Notes: generated by a model from the sequence alone, not told the origin. Counted from the first letter of the stretch, positions 19,182 through 26,464 are shown. The stretch is 44,119 nt of DNA from a virus (IMGVR_UViG_3300021961_006887:1-44119); one strand, 5' to 3'. A program made the numbers and translations.

Positions 19182-19248
19182 TTTCTTGAAGTTTGGGTTC
19201 GTATTTATTTAGCCCAGGGTCCAATGTCAGAAGTGGCACACACACCTC

Positions 19249-19277
19249 TTGACAGAACGTAACATTTCCTATATACT
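19249..19277 (+). promoter_or_regulatory. Sigma70-type promoter for hli
   Basis: TTGACA (19249-54), 17 bp spacer, TATACT (19272-77). Confidence 0.8.
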
Positions 19278-19280
19278 TCT

Positions 19281-19298
19281 GTTATAATTCGTTACAAA
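19281..19298 (+). promoter_or_regulatory. HLR1-like (RpaB) direct repeat
   Basis: GTTATAAT-TC-GTTACAAA versus consensus (G/T)TTACA(T/A)(T/A)-N2-(G/T)TTACA(T/A)(T/A); one mismatch. Confidence 0.6.
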
Positions 19299-19302
19299 AC
19301 CC

Positions 19303-19494
19303 ATGATTACCTCCAACGAACAGGGACAACAGAACATGTGGGCGAAAGAACCTACTATGTACTATCATAACTACGGGCAACAGACGCCCAACGAATACAA
19401 GGAGACTTACAATGGACGCTGGGCTATGGTCGGCATTGTTGCTGGCGCTATTTCTTATGCTCTCACTGGGAACCTCTTCTTCGGGGTAGCTTGA
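19303..19494 (+). CDS. hli: High light-inducible protein
   Basis: Chlorophyll-binding motif [11 protein letters not shown]; N-terminal QQNMWAKEP typical of phage-type HLIPs. Confidence 0.92.
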   Translation: MITSNEQGQQNMWAKEPTMYYHNYGQQTPNEYKETYNGRWAMVGIVAGAISYALTGNLFFGVA

Positions 19495-19519
19495 CAATGG
19501 AATGGACCCTAGGTATAAT
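19491..19519 (+). promoter_or_regulatory. Perfect sigma70 promoter for petF
   Basis: TTGACA (19491-96), 17 bp spacer, TATAAT (19514-19). Confidence 0.85.
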
Positions 19520-19582
19520 TACTTCCGTTGCCTGGTTCGTTCTCCTGGCAGCATCCGTAGAAAAACTTTGCGAGACTTACTG

Positions 19583-19873
19583 ATGACCTATTCTGTGACC
19601 CTGCGTTCTCCTGATGGCACTGAAACCACAATCGAATGCCCCGACGACCAATATATTCTTGACGCTGCTGAAGAAGCTGGCGTTGATCTACCTTCCAGTT
19701 GCCGTGCTGGTGCTTGCTCTGCTTGTGCTGGAAAACTTATCAGCGGCACCGTAGATAATGAGGAGCAATCCTTCCTTGACGACGACCAGATTGCTGATGG
19801 ATGGGTGCTTACTTGTGTGGCATATCCCACCAGCGACTGTGTGATCTTGACCGAACAGGAAGAGAACCTGTGA
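19583..19873 (+). CDS. petF: Plant-type [2Fe-2S] ferredoxin
   Basis: [16 protein letters not shown] and [10 protein letters not shown] motifs; start reassigned to ATG 19583 (MTYSVTL). Confidence 0.97.
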   Translation: MTYSVTLRSPDGTETTIECPDDQYILDAAEEAGVDLPSSCRAGACSACAGKLISGTVDNEEQSFLDDDQIADGWVLTCVAYPTSDCVILTEQEENL

Positions 19874-20058
19874 GTGCTGGAATGCTGGGGCAACTTGGAG
19901 TTGCCCTCCAAAGTCTAGATTGGAATGATCTAGAACTTGAAGTAAAGGTGGCAGGCACCCTAAAGAATGACAAGTTTATTGTTATCAAACCTGTAAAAGA
20001 AAAACTGGTATGTAATCCAGATCCTGAATTGAAACAAAAACATCCATATAATGCTTAA
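19870..20058 (+). CDS. Hypothetical protein ([13 protein letters not shown]...)
   Basis: GTGA overlap with the petF stop; AGGA upstream. Confidence 0.6.
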   Translation: MSAGMLGQLGVALQSLDWNDLELEVKVAGTLKNDKFIVIKPVKEKLVCNPDPELKQKHPYNA

Positions 20059-20173
20059 ATATATCCTCGCTTACATTCGCTGGGGTGATCTAACCTCAGC
20101 ACAAGAAGACAAACTGGAAACTCTTTCTCTGAAAGAAGTTCTCCTTACCCCCTATCTCATTCGCAAATACTGA
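20051..20173 (+). CDS. Small hypothetical protein, 40 aa ([14 protein letters not shown]...)
   Basis: Fills the gap between neighbouring genes exactly; not in the ORF track. Confidence 0.55.
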   Translation: MLKYILAYIRWGDLTSAQEDKLETLSLKEVLLTPYLIRKY

Positions 20174-20174
20174 C

Positions 20175-20294
20175 ATGAAAAAACTTTTCACTCCTGAGGC
20201 AGAAATTCTCAACGCACGTCTGGCAATGATTGGTTTCGTTGCTGCAGTCGGATCCTATGTAACTACTGGTCAGATTATTCCTGGCGTGTGGTGA
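20175..20294 (+). CDS. hli: High light-inducible protein, 39 aa
   Basis: MKKLFTPEAEILNARLAMIGFVAAVGSYVTTGQIIPGVW carries AExxNxRxAMIGF and TGQIIPG; missed by the ORF track. Confidence 0.95.
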   Translation: MKKLFTPEAEILNARLAMIGFVAAVGSYVTTGQIIPGVW

Positions 20295-20326
20295 TAAATA
20301 AAAATTGAATATCGTCGGCGCAAGCC

Positions 20327-20364
20327 AAAGGGACCTCTGCCAACTAACAGAAAGGTCCCTTTTT
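20327..20364 (+). terminator. Intrinsic terminator
   Basis: AAAGGGACCT/AGGTCCCTTT stem followed by a T tract. Confidence 0.75.
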
Positions 20365-20383
20365 ATTTGAGTTCTGGAGGTTT

Positions 20384-20563
20384 ATGATTCAAGATCAAGT
20401 CTTTCACGTCTACAAAAAGAATACAGATCGCACTGAGGTAATCGCTCATAATCTATCAGTGGATCAACTAGAAGAAAAACTTATCGATAAAAGCGTGGAT
20501 CTGGCGCAGCACGAGGTCCAACCATGCTATACTGAGTATTCAGAGGGAGATGCCTCCTTCTGA
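20384..20563 (+). CDS. Hypothetical protein, 59 aa (MIQDQVFHVYKKN...GDASF)
   Basis: GGAGG SD directly upstream; not in the ORF track. Confidence 0.65.
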   Translation: MIQDQVFHVYKKNTDRTEVIAHNLSVDQLEEKLIDKSVDLAQHEVQPCYTEYSEGDASF

Positions 20564-20594
20564 ACTCTAAAGAAATTCTAAAGTTCTGAGGGGC

Positions 20595-20628
20595 TTGACG
20601 GATTTCCGAACACCTGCTACAATAAATA
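20595..20628 (+). promoter_or_regulatory. Overlapping sigma70 and late promoters for psbA
   Basis: TTGACG, 17 bp spacer, TACAAT (20618-23), overlapped by AATAAATA (20621-28). Confidence 0.75.
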
Positions 20629-20674
20629 CATGAACAAATGTTACGAACCTTAAAGCGTTTGTAACATGTTCGAA

Positions 20675-20782
20675 CCCCTGCCGTTTGACCGAGACTAGGC
20701 AGGGCTACCAATCCGTCTCTCATATCCTCGCTAAGGGTGCGGGGAGCATAGTATCTCCACCATTTCCCTGATGGTCTTACTA
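20675..20782 (+). ncRNA. PhotoRC-II-like structured psbA leader
   Basis: CCCTGCC/GGCAGGG stem whose loop GAGAC can pair with downstream GTCTC; then TCATATCC...GGG and ACCAT-TTCCCTG-ATGGT hairpins directly 5' of psbA. Confidence 0.75.
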
Positions 20783-20795
20783 TCTTTTTAAAACA

Positions 20796-21875
20796 ATGAC
20801 TGCTACACTTTCACAACAACGCTCTACTAATGCCTGGGAACAGTTCTGTAACTGGGTAACCTCCACCAACAACCGTCTGTATGTCGGTTGGTTTGGTGTG
20901 CTGATGATTCCTACGCTGCTCGCTGCAGCAATCTGTTTCATCGTTGCTTTCGTCGCTGCTCCCCCTGTGGATATCGACGGCATCCGCGAACCAGTTGCTG
21001 GTTCTCTAATGTATGGTAACAACATCATCTCTGGTGCTGTTATTCCTTCGTCCAACGCAATCGGACTTCACTTCTATCCCATCTGGGAAGCTGCTTCTCT
21101 CGATGAGTGGCTATATAATGGCGGACCTTTCCAACTGGTCATCTTCCACTTCCTGATTGGTATCTATGCTTACATGGGTCGTGAATGGGAACTCTCATAC
21201 CGTCTGGGTATGCGTCCTTGGATTTGTGTTGCTTACTCTGCTCCTGTTGCCGCTGCTTCTGCAGTTTTCCTTGTCTATCCTTTCGGTCAAGGTTCCTTCA
21301 GTGATGCAATGCCTCTCGGAATCTCGGGCACGTTCAACTACATGCTCGTCTTCCAAGCAGAACACAACATTCTCATGCATCCTTTCCATATGCTCGGTGT
21401 GGCTGGGGTATTTGGTGGCAGCCTCTTTAGTGCTATGCACGGAAGTCTGGTTACGTCTTCACTCGTTCGTGAGACAACTGAATCTGAATCACAAAACTAC
21501 GGATACAAGTTCGGACAAGAAGAAGAGACCTACAACATCGTAGCCGCTCACGGTTACTTCGGTCGTCTTATCTTCCAATATGCTTCCTTCAATAACTCTC
21601 GTTCGCTACACTTTTTCCTTGCTGCTTGGCCTGTTGTCGGTATCTGGTTTACTGCCCTGGGCGTTAGCACAATGGCATTCAACCTCAACGGTTTCAACTT
21701 CAACCAGTCCATCATCGACTCACAAGGTCGTGTGCTCAACACCTGGGCAGATGTGCTGAACCGTGCTGGTCTTGGAATGGAAGTCATGCACGAGCGTAAT
21801 GCTCACAACTTCCCTCTCGACCTTGCTGCTGCTGAAAGCACTCCTGTTGCTCTCACCGCACCTGCTATCGGTTGA
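20796..21875 (+). CDS. psbA: Photosystem II D1 protein
   Basis: Unmistakable D1 sequence; Glu in GREWE; Synechococcus-type C-terminal extension after LDLA; no intron. Confidence 0.99.
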   Translation: MTATLSQQRSTNAWEQFCNWVTSTNNRLYVGWFGVLMIPTLLAAAICFIVAFVAAPPVDIDGIREPVAGSLMYGNNIISGAVIPSSNAIGLHFYPIWEAASLDEWLYNGGPFQLVIFHFLIGIYAYMGREWELSYRLGMRPWICVAYSAPVAAASAVFLVYPFGQGSFSDAMPLGISGTFNYMLVFQAEHNILMHPFHMLGVAGVFGGSLFSAMHGSLVTSSLVRETTESESQNYGYKFGQEEETYNIVAAHGYFGRLIFQYASFNNSRSLHFFLAAWPVVGIWFTALGVSTMAFNLNGFNFNQSIIDSQGRVLNTWADVLNRAGLGMEVMHERNAHNFPLDLAAAESTPVALTAPAIG

Positions 21876-21897
21876 TCTGGATAAAATAAAATCTCTA

Positions 21898-21917
21898 GGG
21901 GGCTTCGGTCCCCTTTT
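21898..21917 (+). terminator. UUCG hairpin terminator between psbA and psbD
   Basis: GGGGGC-TTCG-GTCCCC-TTTT. Confidence 0.7.
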
Positions 21918-21937
21918 GTTTTCTTTGGAGATAATAA

Positions 21938-22999
21938 ATGGTTTCATCTACACTTTCACAACCTATTCAACAGAGAGGATGGTTCGATGTACTCGACGAC
22001 TGGCTTAAGAGAGATCGTTTCGTTTTTGTTGGCTGGTCTGGACTTCTTCTTTTTCCCACTGCTTACCTTGCTCTTGGTGGTTGGCTTACTGGAACAACTT
22101 TCGTTACGAGTTGGTACACTCATGGTCTTGCATCCAGTTATCTTGAGGGCGCGAATTTTCTTACAGCAGCAGTTTCTACTCCAGCAGATTCTATGGGTCA
22201 TTCTCTTCTTCTGCTCTGGGGTCCTGAGGCTCAAGGGGATATCGTCCGCTGGTTCCAACTTGGGGGACTCTGGACTTTTGTGGCGCTCCACGGGGCTTTC
22301 AGCCTGATTGGTTTCATGCTTCGCCAGTTTGAGATTGCTCGCCTGGTTGGCATCCGTCCCTATAATGCTATTGCTTTCTCTGGTCCCATCGCTGTATTTG
22401 TCAGCGTGTTCCTGATGTATCCTCTGGGTCAATCCAGTTGGTTCTTCGCACCTTCCTTTGGTGTTGCTGCTATCTTCAGATTCCTTCTGTTCCTACAAGG
22501 TTTCCACAACTGGACCCTCAATCCCTTCCATATGATGGGTGTTGCTGGTATCCTAGGTGGTGCTCTTCTTTGTGCTATTCATGGTGCTACAGTTGAAAAT
22601 ACATTATTTGAAGATGGCAATCAAGCAAACACTTTCAAGGCTTTTGAACCAACTCAAGAGGAAGAGACTTATTCCATGGTCACTGCTAACCGCTTCTGGT
22701 CTCAGATTTTTGGTATTGCTTTCAGCAATAAGCGTTGGCTTCACTTTTTTATGCTCTTTGTTCCTGTCATGGGACTTTGGACCAGTTCTATTGGGATCAT
22801 TGGTCTCGCACTCAATCTTCGTGCTTATGATTTTGTCTCTCAGGAGATTAGAGCAGCAGAGGATCCAGAGTTTGAAACTTTCTATACGAAAAACATCCTC
22901 CTCAATGAAGGACTCCGTGCCTGGATGGCTCCTGTAGATCAACCACACGAAAACTTTGTTTTTCCTGAAGAAGTATTGCCAAGAGGCAACGCTCTGTGA
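21938..22999 (+). CDS. psbD: Photosystem II D2 protein
   Basis: [23 protein letters not shown]...[10 protein letters not shown]. Confidence 0.99.
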   Translation: MVSSTLSQPIQQRGWFDVLDDWLKRDRFVFVGWSGLLLFPTAYLALGGWLTGTTFVTSWYTHGLASSYLEGANFLTAAVSTPADSMGHSLLLLWGPEAQGDIVRWFQLGGLWTFVALHGAFSLIGFMLRQFEIARLVGIRPYNAIAFSGPIAVFVSVFLMYPLGQSSWFFAPSFGVAAIFRFLLFLQGFHNWTLNPFHMMGVAGILGGALLCAIHGATVENTLFEDGNQANTFKAFEPTQEEETYSMVTANRFWSQIFGIAFSNKRWLHFFMLFVPVMGLWTSSIGIIGLALNLRAYDFVSQEIRAAEDPEFETFYTKNILLNEGLRAWMAPVDQPHENFVFPEEVLPRGNAL

Positions 23000-23005
23000 T
23001 ATACT

Positions 23006-23030
23006 GGGGGTCGAAAGACCCTCTTTTTTT
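23006..23030 (+). terminator. GNRA hairpin terminator after psbD
   Basis: GGGGGTC-GAAA-GACCCTC-TTTTTTT. Confidence 0.75.
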
Positions 23031-23297
23031 ATGGAAATATTAATTTACACGTCTATAGGATGCAAATGGTGTGATAGAGTAAAGGAGTTAATGCAACGAG
23101 CAGAAGTTGAATACAAAGAAGTTGTATGGAATCAACTTCCTGGTGAAATTCAAGAGAAACTTCAAGAAGAGCATCCTTATTTGGTTGCTTTTCCTGCTGT
23201 GTTCATAGATGAAAAATATGTTGGAGGTGTTGTTGAAACTGCTAAACTATTTCTAGAAAAAGGTTTAGTATCATCTAAAAAAAATGAAAGATCTTAA
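23031..23297 (+). CDS. Glutaredoxin (NrdC-like)
   Basis: IYTSIGCKWC active site, FPAVFID and YVGG motifs; start reassigned to 23031. Confidence 0.88.
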   Translation: MEILIYTSIGCKWCDRVKELMQRAEVEYKEVVWNQLPGEIQEKLQEEHPYLVAFPAVFIDEKYVGGVVETAKLFLEKGLVSSKKNERS

Positions 23298-23454
23298 AAT
23301 AAATAAAGGCATGGAGCTCATGCTTAGGGGGGCTAAACAGAAGGAAGAAGAAGAGAAACCTCCCTCAAGAGGTTTTGCTATTACAAAGTTTTTTACCCTC
23401 CTGAAGAGAAGAGTCTACTTCAACTTAGAACTTTGGTGGGACAAGGAAAGTTAG
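23284..23454 (+). CDS. Hypothetical protein, 56 aa (MKDLKINKGMELMLRG...)
   Basis: Open frame filling the gap; resembles the cyanophage NKGVELMLR family; not in the ORF track. Confidence 0.55.
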   Translation: MKDLKINKGMELMLRGAKQKEEEEKPPSRGFAITKFFTLLKRRVYFNLELWWDKES

Positions 23455-23470
23455 AGTTCGGAGTTGAACC

Positions 23471-23701
23471 ATGACACAAGCAACAGTCGTTTACTTCTCA
23501 GCAACAGTTTCGTTTATTTTTCTCTGCGTTGGTGTGATTGCTGGTTGGACAGCAAACGAAAAGTTACACGAGTTCATGTATGGGAGAGCGGAACAGGATA
23601 ACATTCACCCAGAGATGCTGGATGACGAAGGTTATCTTATCAACGAAGAACTATTGTCAGTCCGATTCATAGATGAGGACGACGAAGATTACGACGACTA
23701 A
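23471..23701 (+). CDS. Single-TM hypothetical protein with HPEMLD motif
   Basis: GGAG SD; N-terminal TM; acidic tail. Confidence 0.75.
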   Translation: MTQATVVYFSATVSFIFLCVGVIAGWTANEKLHEFMYGRAEQDNIHPEMLDDEGYLINEELLSVRFIDEDDEDYDD

Positions 23702-23726
23702 ATACACATACGATATCAATTAGGTT

Positions 23727-24158
23727 ATGCAATTATTACTTCATGAAGTGCTGCAAAAAGTTAGCAACGCTAAAACAAAAGCAGAAAAGATCAAACTTCT
23801 ACAGCAACATAACACTCCAGCACTCAGACAAATTCTGATTGCTAATTTTGATGAGAGTGTTGTATCAATGCTTCCAGATGGTGACGTGCCTTACAATGCC
23901 AATGAAGCACCAGAAGATACAGAACATACGAAACTAGTACATGAGTATCGTAAGCTCTATCTGTTCTTCAAGGGTGGTGCCAACATCTCTCAGACTCGTC
24001 GTGAAAGCCTCTTCATTCAACTGCTAGAGGGACTCCACAAGGGCGAAGCAGAGGTTCTGTGTCTGATGAAGGACAAGGCAATTGGAAAGCGTTGGAAGAT
24101 CACCAAGCAGTGTGTGGAAGAGGCATACCCAACTATTCAGTGGGGTGGTCGCAGTTGA
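23727..24158 (+). CDS. Conserved T4-like hypothetical protein
   Basis: LPDGDVPY and RRESLFIQLLEGLH motifs; late promoter at 23697. Confidence 0.8.
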   Translation: MQLLLHEVLQKVSNAKTKAEKIKLLQQHNTPALRQILIANFDESVVSMLPDGDVPYNANEAPEDTEHTKLVHEYRKLYLFFKGGANISQTRRESLFIQLLEGLHKGEAEVLCLMKDKAIGKRWKITKQCVEEAYPTIQWGGRS

Positions 24159-24397
24159 ATATTCTCCATCAGAATTGTGATCCCGAGTTAGCAAACGACA
24201 GGTCTTTACCTCACACTGCTTATCTTATAGAGTATGATGATGGAAATAAAGTTTGCTATGACATTGCTATATCTTCTAAGAAAGTAGAAATCTTTGATTA
24301 TTATTGGGATAAGTATCGCAATGTAATCAGCATGAAACAATCAGAAGGTAGAGTGAATCCTAAAATCTGGCAAGACCCACGCAAGAAAAAGAAATGA
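24155..24397 (+). CDS. Conserved cyanophage hypothetical protein (xNILHQNCDP...)
   Basis: TTGA overlap with the upstream stop suggests a TTG start; IFDYYWDKY motif. Confidence 0.7.
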   Translation: MNILHQNCDPELANDRSLPHTAYLIEYDDGNKVCYDIAISSKKVEIFDYYWDKYRNVISMKQSEGRVNPKIWQDPRKKKK

Positions 24398-24657
24398 ACT
24401 CAGATCCACGAGGACAATGGTGTATTTTTTACACCAAGACAAAGGAAACCGTTTGGCATACGATGAAGCTACAACGTAGTGATGGTGTCCTCGTGTCTGC
24501 TAAAACTTACGATGAGGTTTTTAAGTTCGTAAAGTATCAAGATGCCTGGCAGTTTGCTAAAAATCTTATCACTGATGGACCAGAACCAAAGTATGATGCA
24601 CAAGTAAAGAGAGTGTGTCGTGCTAGAGGAGATGCCTTCTACCTCTCAGGAAATTAA
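24394..24657 (+). CDS. Hypothetical protein
   Basis: ATGA coupling to the upstream gene. Confidence 0.7.
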   Translation: MNSDPRGQWCIFYTKTKETVWHTMKLQRSDGVLVSAKTYDEVFKFVKYQDAWQFAKNLITDGPEPKYDAQVKRVCRARGDAFYLSGN

Positions 24658-24669
24658 GATATTGTAAAG

Positions 24670-24701
24670 TGTATTTGATTTTACAATCTTTGTGATATAA
24701 T
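24670..24701 (+). promoter_or_regulatory. NtcA box TGTA-N8-TACA (24670-24685) plus extended -10 TGnTATAAT (24693-24701)
   Basis: TGTA-TTTGATTT-TACA is an exact match to the cyanobacterial NtcA consensus and overlaps the -35 region. Confidence 0.7.
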
Positions 24702-24709
24702 TACTTATA

Positions 24710-24926
24710 CGTTCATTCGCTATTTGCGGATAGCGAACGCAAGTAAGTCGCGGAACGGATCGTTCATCTATGGAAACACTCATCCTCACATGCTTACAGG
24801 CACGTCTTATTGTTGCTAGGGTCAATATTGCTGACCTATCACCACAACAAAAGAATGATTTAATCTGGGAAGTCAAACAAGTTTCCCCTAAGGAGTGTAA
24901 AATAGACGCAAACGACTGAAGGAACG
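24710..24926 (+). ncRNA. Glutamine riboswitch (glnA/glutamine-I type), nested double aptamer
   Basis: CGTTCA, P2 (TTCGCTAT/ATAGCGAA), CGCAAGTA, P3 (AGTCG/CGACT), GAAGGAACG. A second GAACG/CGTTCA...CGCAAA core lies inside P3. Confidence 0.85.
24770..24919 (+). CDS. 49-aa ORF embedded in the riboswitch (METLILTCLQARLIVARVNIADLSPQQKNDLIWEVKQVSPKECKIDAND)
   Basis: Clean ATG...TGA frame spanning the aptamer loop; two Cys; weak SD (GGA). Confidence 0.6.
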   Translation: METLILTCLQARLIVARVNIADLSPQQKNDLIWEVKQVSPKECKIDAND

Positions 24927-24959
24927 GGGCAGCAATCCCATTTCTTTAGGAGTAACCCA

Positions 24960-25130
24960 ATGGCTAAAGTCACATATCGTGGATGTCAGTATGATACTGA
25001 AACACCTAAGCAGGAGTTTCGTTCATGGCATCGTAAGGTAGATATCAGAGATCATGTTTATCGTGGTCAGCACTACTACCCAATTCAAACTATGGATGCT
25101 GACACTAAAGAGGCAATCTATCGTCTCTGA
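24960..25130 (+). CDS. DUF4278 family protein (related to the N-terminus of GS inactivating factor IF17), 56 aa
   Basis: MAKVTYRGCQY...HVYRGQHY has two YRG-x-x-Y motifs; AGGAG SD; lies downstream of a glutamine riboswitch; missed by the ORF track. Confidence 0.85.
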   Translation: MAKVTYRGCQYDTETPKQEFRSWHRKVDIRDHVYRGQHYYPIQTMDADTKEAIYRL

Positions 25131-25150
25131 AGCGTACAACTTGCAAAGAA

Positions 25151-25177
25151 AGGGCACCTTGACGGGTGCCTTTTTTT
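25151..25177 (+). terminator. Intrinsic terminator overlapping a sigma70 promoter
   Basis: GGCACC-TTGACG-GGTGCC-TTTTTTT. The loop TTGACG is 17 bp from TAATAT (25182-87). Confidence 0.85.
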
Positions 25178-25209
25178 GTGCTAATATTCTGACAGACGAT
25201 GCCATACAT

Positions 25210-25368
25210 ATGGATAGAGACAAACTCAAACTCATCGTTAGAAATCTAAAATCTTTGGTAGATCTATTGGAGTCTGAAGTATATTCAGATCCCGAATCAT
25301 ATAAATTTGATAACAGAAAGGACAGATACTATCAAGATTTAGATGACGACGATGGATATGCAGATTAG
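25210..25368 (+). CDS. Conserved cyanophage hypothetical protein (MDRDKLKLIVRNLK...)
   Basis: LESEVYSD and DDDDGY motifs; start reassigned to lie downstream of the promoter. Confidence 0.75.
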   Translation: MDRDKLKLIVRNLKSLVDLLESEVYSDPESYKFDNRKDRYYQDLDDDDGYAD

Positions 25369-25378
25369 AGAGAACCCT

Positions 25379-25654
25379 ATGAGACTTAAAACAACTATCA
25401 AGGCAGCAAAGAAAGCAATTGAGCTTGCGGAAAAGAACCCGATGCTGTATAGTAATGAAGAGATCGCTTACATGAAACGAGCACTTCGCATGGCAAAAGA
25501 AGATCTCAAACGCAAACGTGAAAAGATGAGTAAAGGATTCAAGAATGAAGCAACAACATGGGTCAGTCAAACTAGTGTCAGTGACGCCACAGGCGGAACA
25601 GACGATGGGGTACGTAGCGAGGGTGAGCAACCCGAACAACCAGGAGAACCCTAA
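25379..25654 (+). CDS. Basic helical hypothetical protein
   Basis: KKAI...NPMLYS.EEI.YMK...SKGF; the 3' end overlaps thyX; start uncertain (25358 or 25379). Confidence 0.6.
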   Translation: MRLKTTIKAAKKAIELAEKNPMLYSNEEIAYMKRALRMAKEDLKRKREKMSKGFKNEATTWVSQTSVSDATGGTDDGVRSEGEQPEQPGEP

Positions 25655-26195
25655 CGTCGCTGGTCTGCTCAAGTATTGTATCAAGCATCAGCACTGGTCT
25701 GTGTTTGAGCAGGCACACATGACGCTAGAGATTGAAACCAATCGTGGTATCGCAGCTCAAATTTTGCGCCACCGTTCGTTTACATATCAAGAATTCTCCC
25801 AGCGTTATGCTGATAGTTCTTTGTTGGCAAATGAAATCCCTTTGTTTGATCTTCGCTCGCAAGATACTAAGAACCGTCAGAATTCTATTGATGACGTTGA
25901 TGATTTCACCAAGCAACAACTTGAGATCACTATTCAGAAACACTTTGCTTCTGCCATGGATCTCTACAAGACTATGCTTGACAAGGGAATTGCAAAGGAA
26001 TGTGCCCGTTTTGTATTGCCTCTGGCAACTCCAACTCGTATCTACATGACTGGCTCTGTGCGTTCATGGATCCACTATATAGATCTACGCAGTGCCCATG
26101 GCACTCAAAAAGAACACATGGATCTTGCTAATCAATGTAAGCAAGTGTTCGTAGAGCAATTCCCTATTTGTGCCGAAGCATTGGAGTGGAACTGA
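25545..26195 (+). CDS. thyX: FAD-dependent thymidylate synthase
   Basis: RHRSFTYQEFSQR (RHRx7SxR) motif; HWSVFE; KECARFVLP. Confidence 0.96.
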   Translation: MKQQHGSVKLVSVTPQAEQTMGYVARVSNPNNQENPNVAGLLKYCIKHQHWSVFEQAHMTLEIETNRGIAAQILRHRSFTYQEFSQRYADSSLLANEIPLFDLRSQDTKNRQNSIDDVDDFTKQQLEITIQKHFASAMDLYKTMLDKGIAKECARFVLPLATPTRIYMTGSVRSWIHYIDLRSAHGTQKEHMDLANQCKQVFVEQFPICAEALEWN

Positions 26196-26464
26196 TGGCA
26201 ACATACCCTGTAATCAATACTAAAACTGGAGAACAAAAGGACGTTGTTATCAGCGTCCATGACTGGGATCAGTGGAAGATTGACAACCCAGAATGGCAGC
26301 GTGATTGGAGTGATCCATCTACCTGTCCTTCATCTGGAGAAGTTGGTGAATGGAGAGACAAGATGAGTAAAACTCACCCTGGTTTCCATGACATCATGAA
26401 GAATAAGATTGCTCCTCAGGCAGCAGTCAAAGGAAACAGAACTATTACCGACAAGTATCGTTAA
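26195..26464 (+). CDS. Conserved T4-like hypothetical protein (MATYPVINTKTGE...)
   Basis: TGATG coupling; GGAG SD; usual position between thyX and phoH. Confidence 0.75.
   Translation: MATYPVINTKTGEQKDVVISVHDWDQWKIDNPEWQRDWSDPSTCPSSGEVGEWRDKMSKTHPGFHDIMKNKIAPQAAVKGNRTITDKYR

Noticed and set aside
19259-19272. Possible NtcA box GTA-N8-TAT in the hli promoter
   Set aside because: Imperfect and explained by promoter spacer sequence; the HLR1-like repeat fits better.
20796-21937. Group I intron in psbA, or a homing endonuclease between psbA and psbD
   Set aside because: psbA is an uninterrupted 359-aa frame and the intergenic gap is only 62 bp.
20780-22948. Several overlapping or antisense ORFs inside psbA and psbD
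   Set aside because: Shadows of highly conserved genes with biased codon usage; no SD or recognisable motifs.
24646-24876. Minus-strand 76-aa ORF across the riboswitch
   Set aside because: No expression signals; all regulatory features in this region point to the plus strand.
25054-25209. 5' extension of ORF 25054..25368
   Set aside because: Crosses the DUF4278 gene, a terminator and a promoter; the real start is probably 25210.
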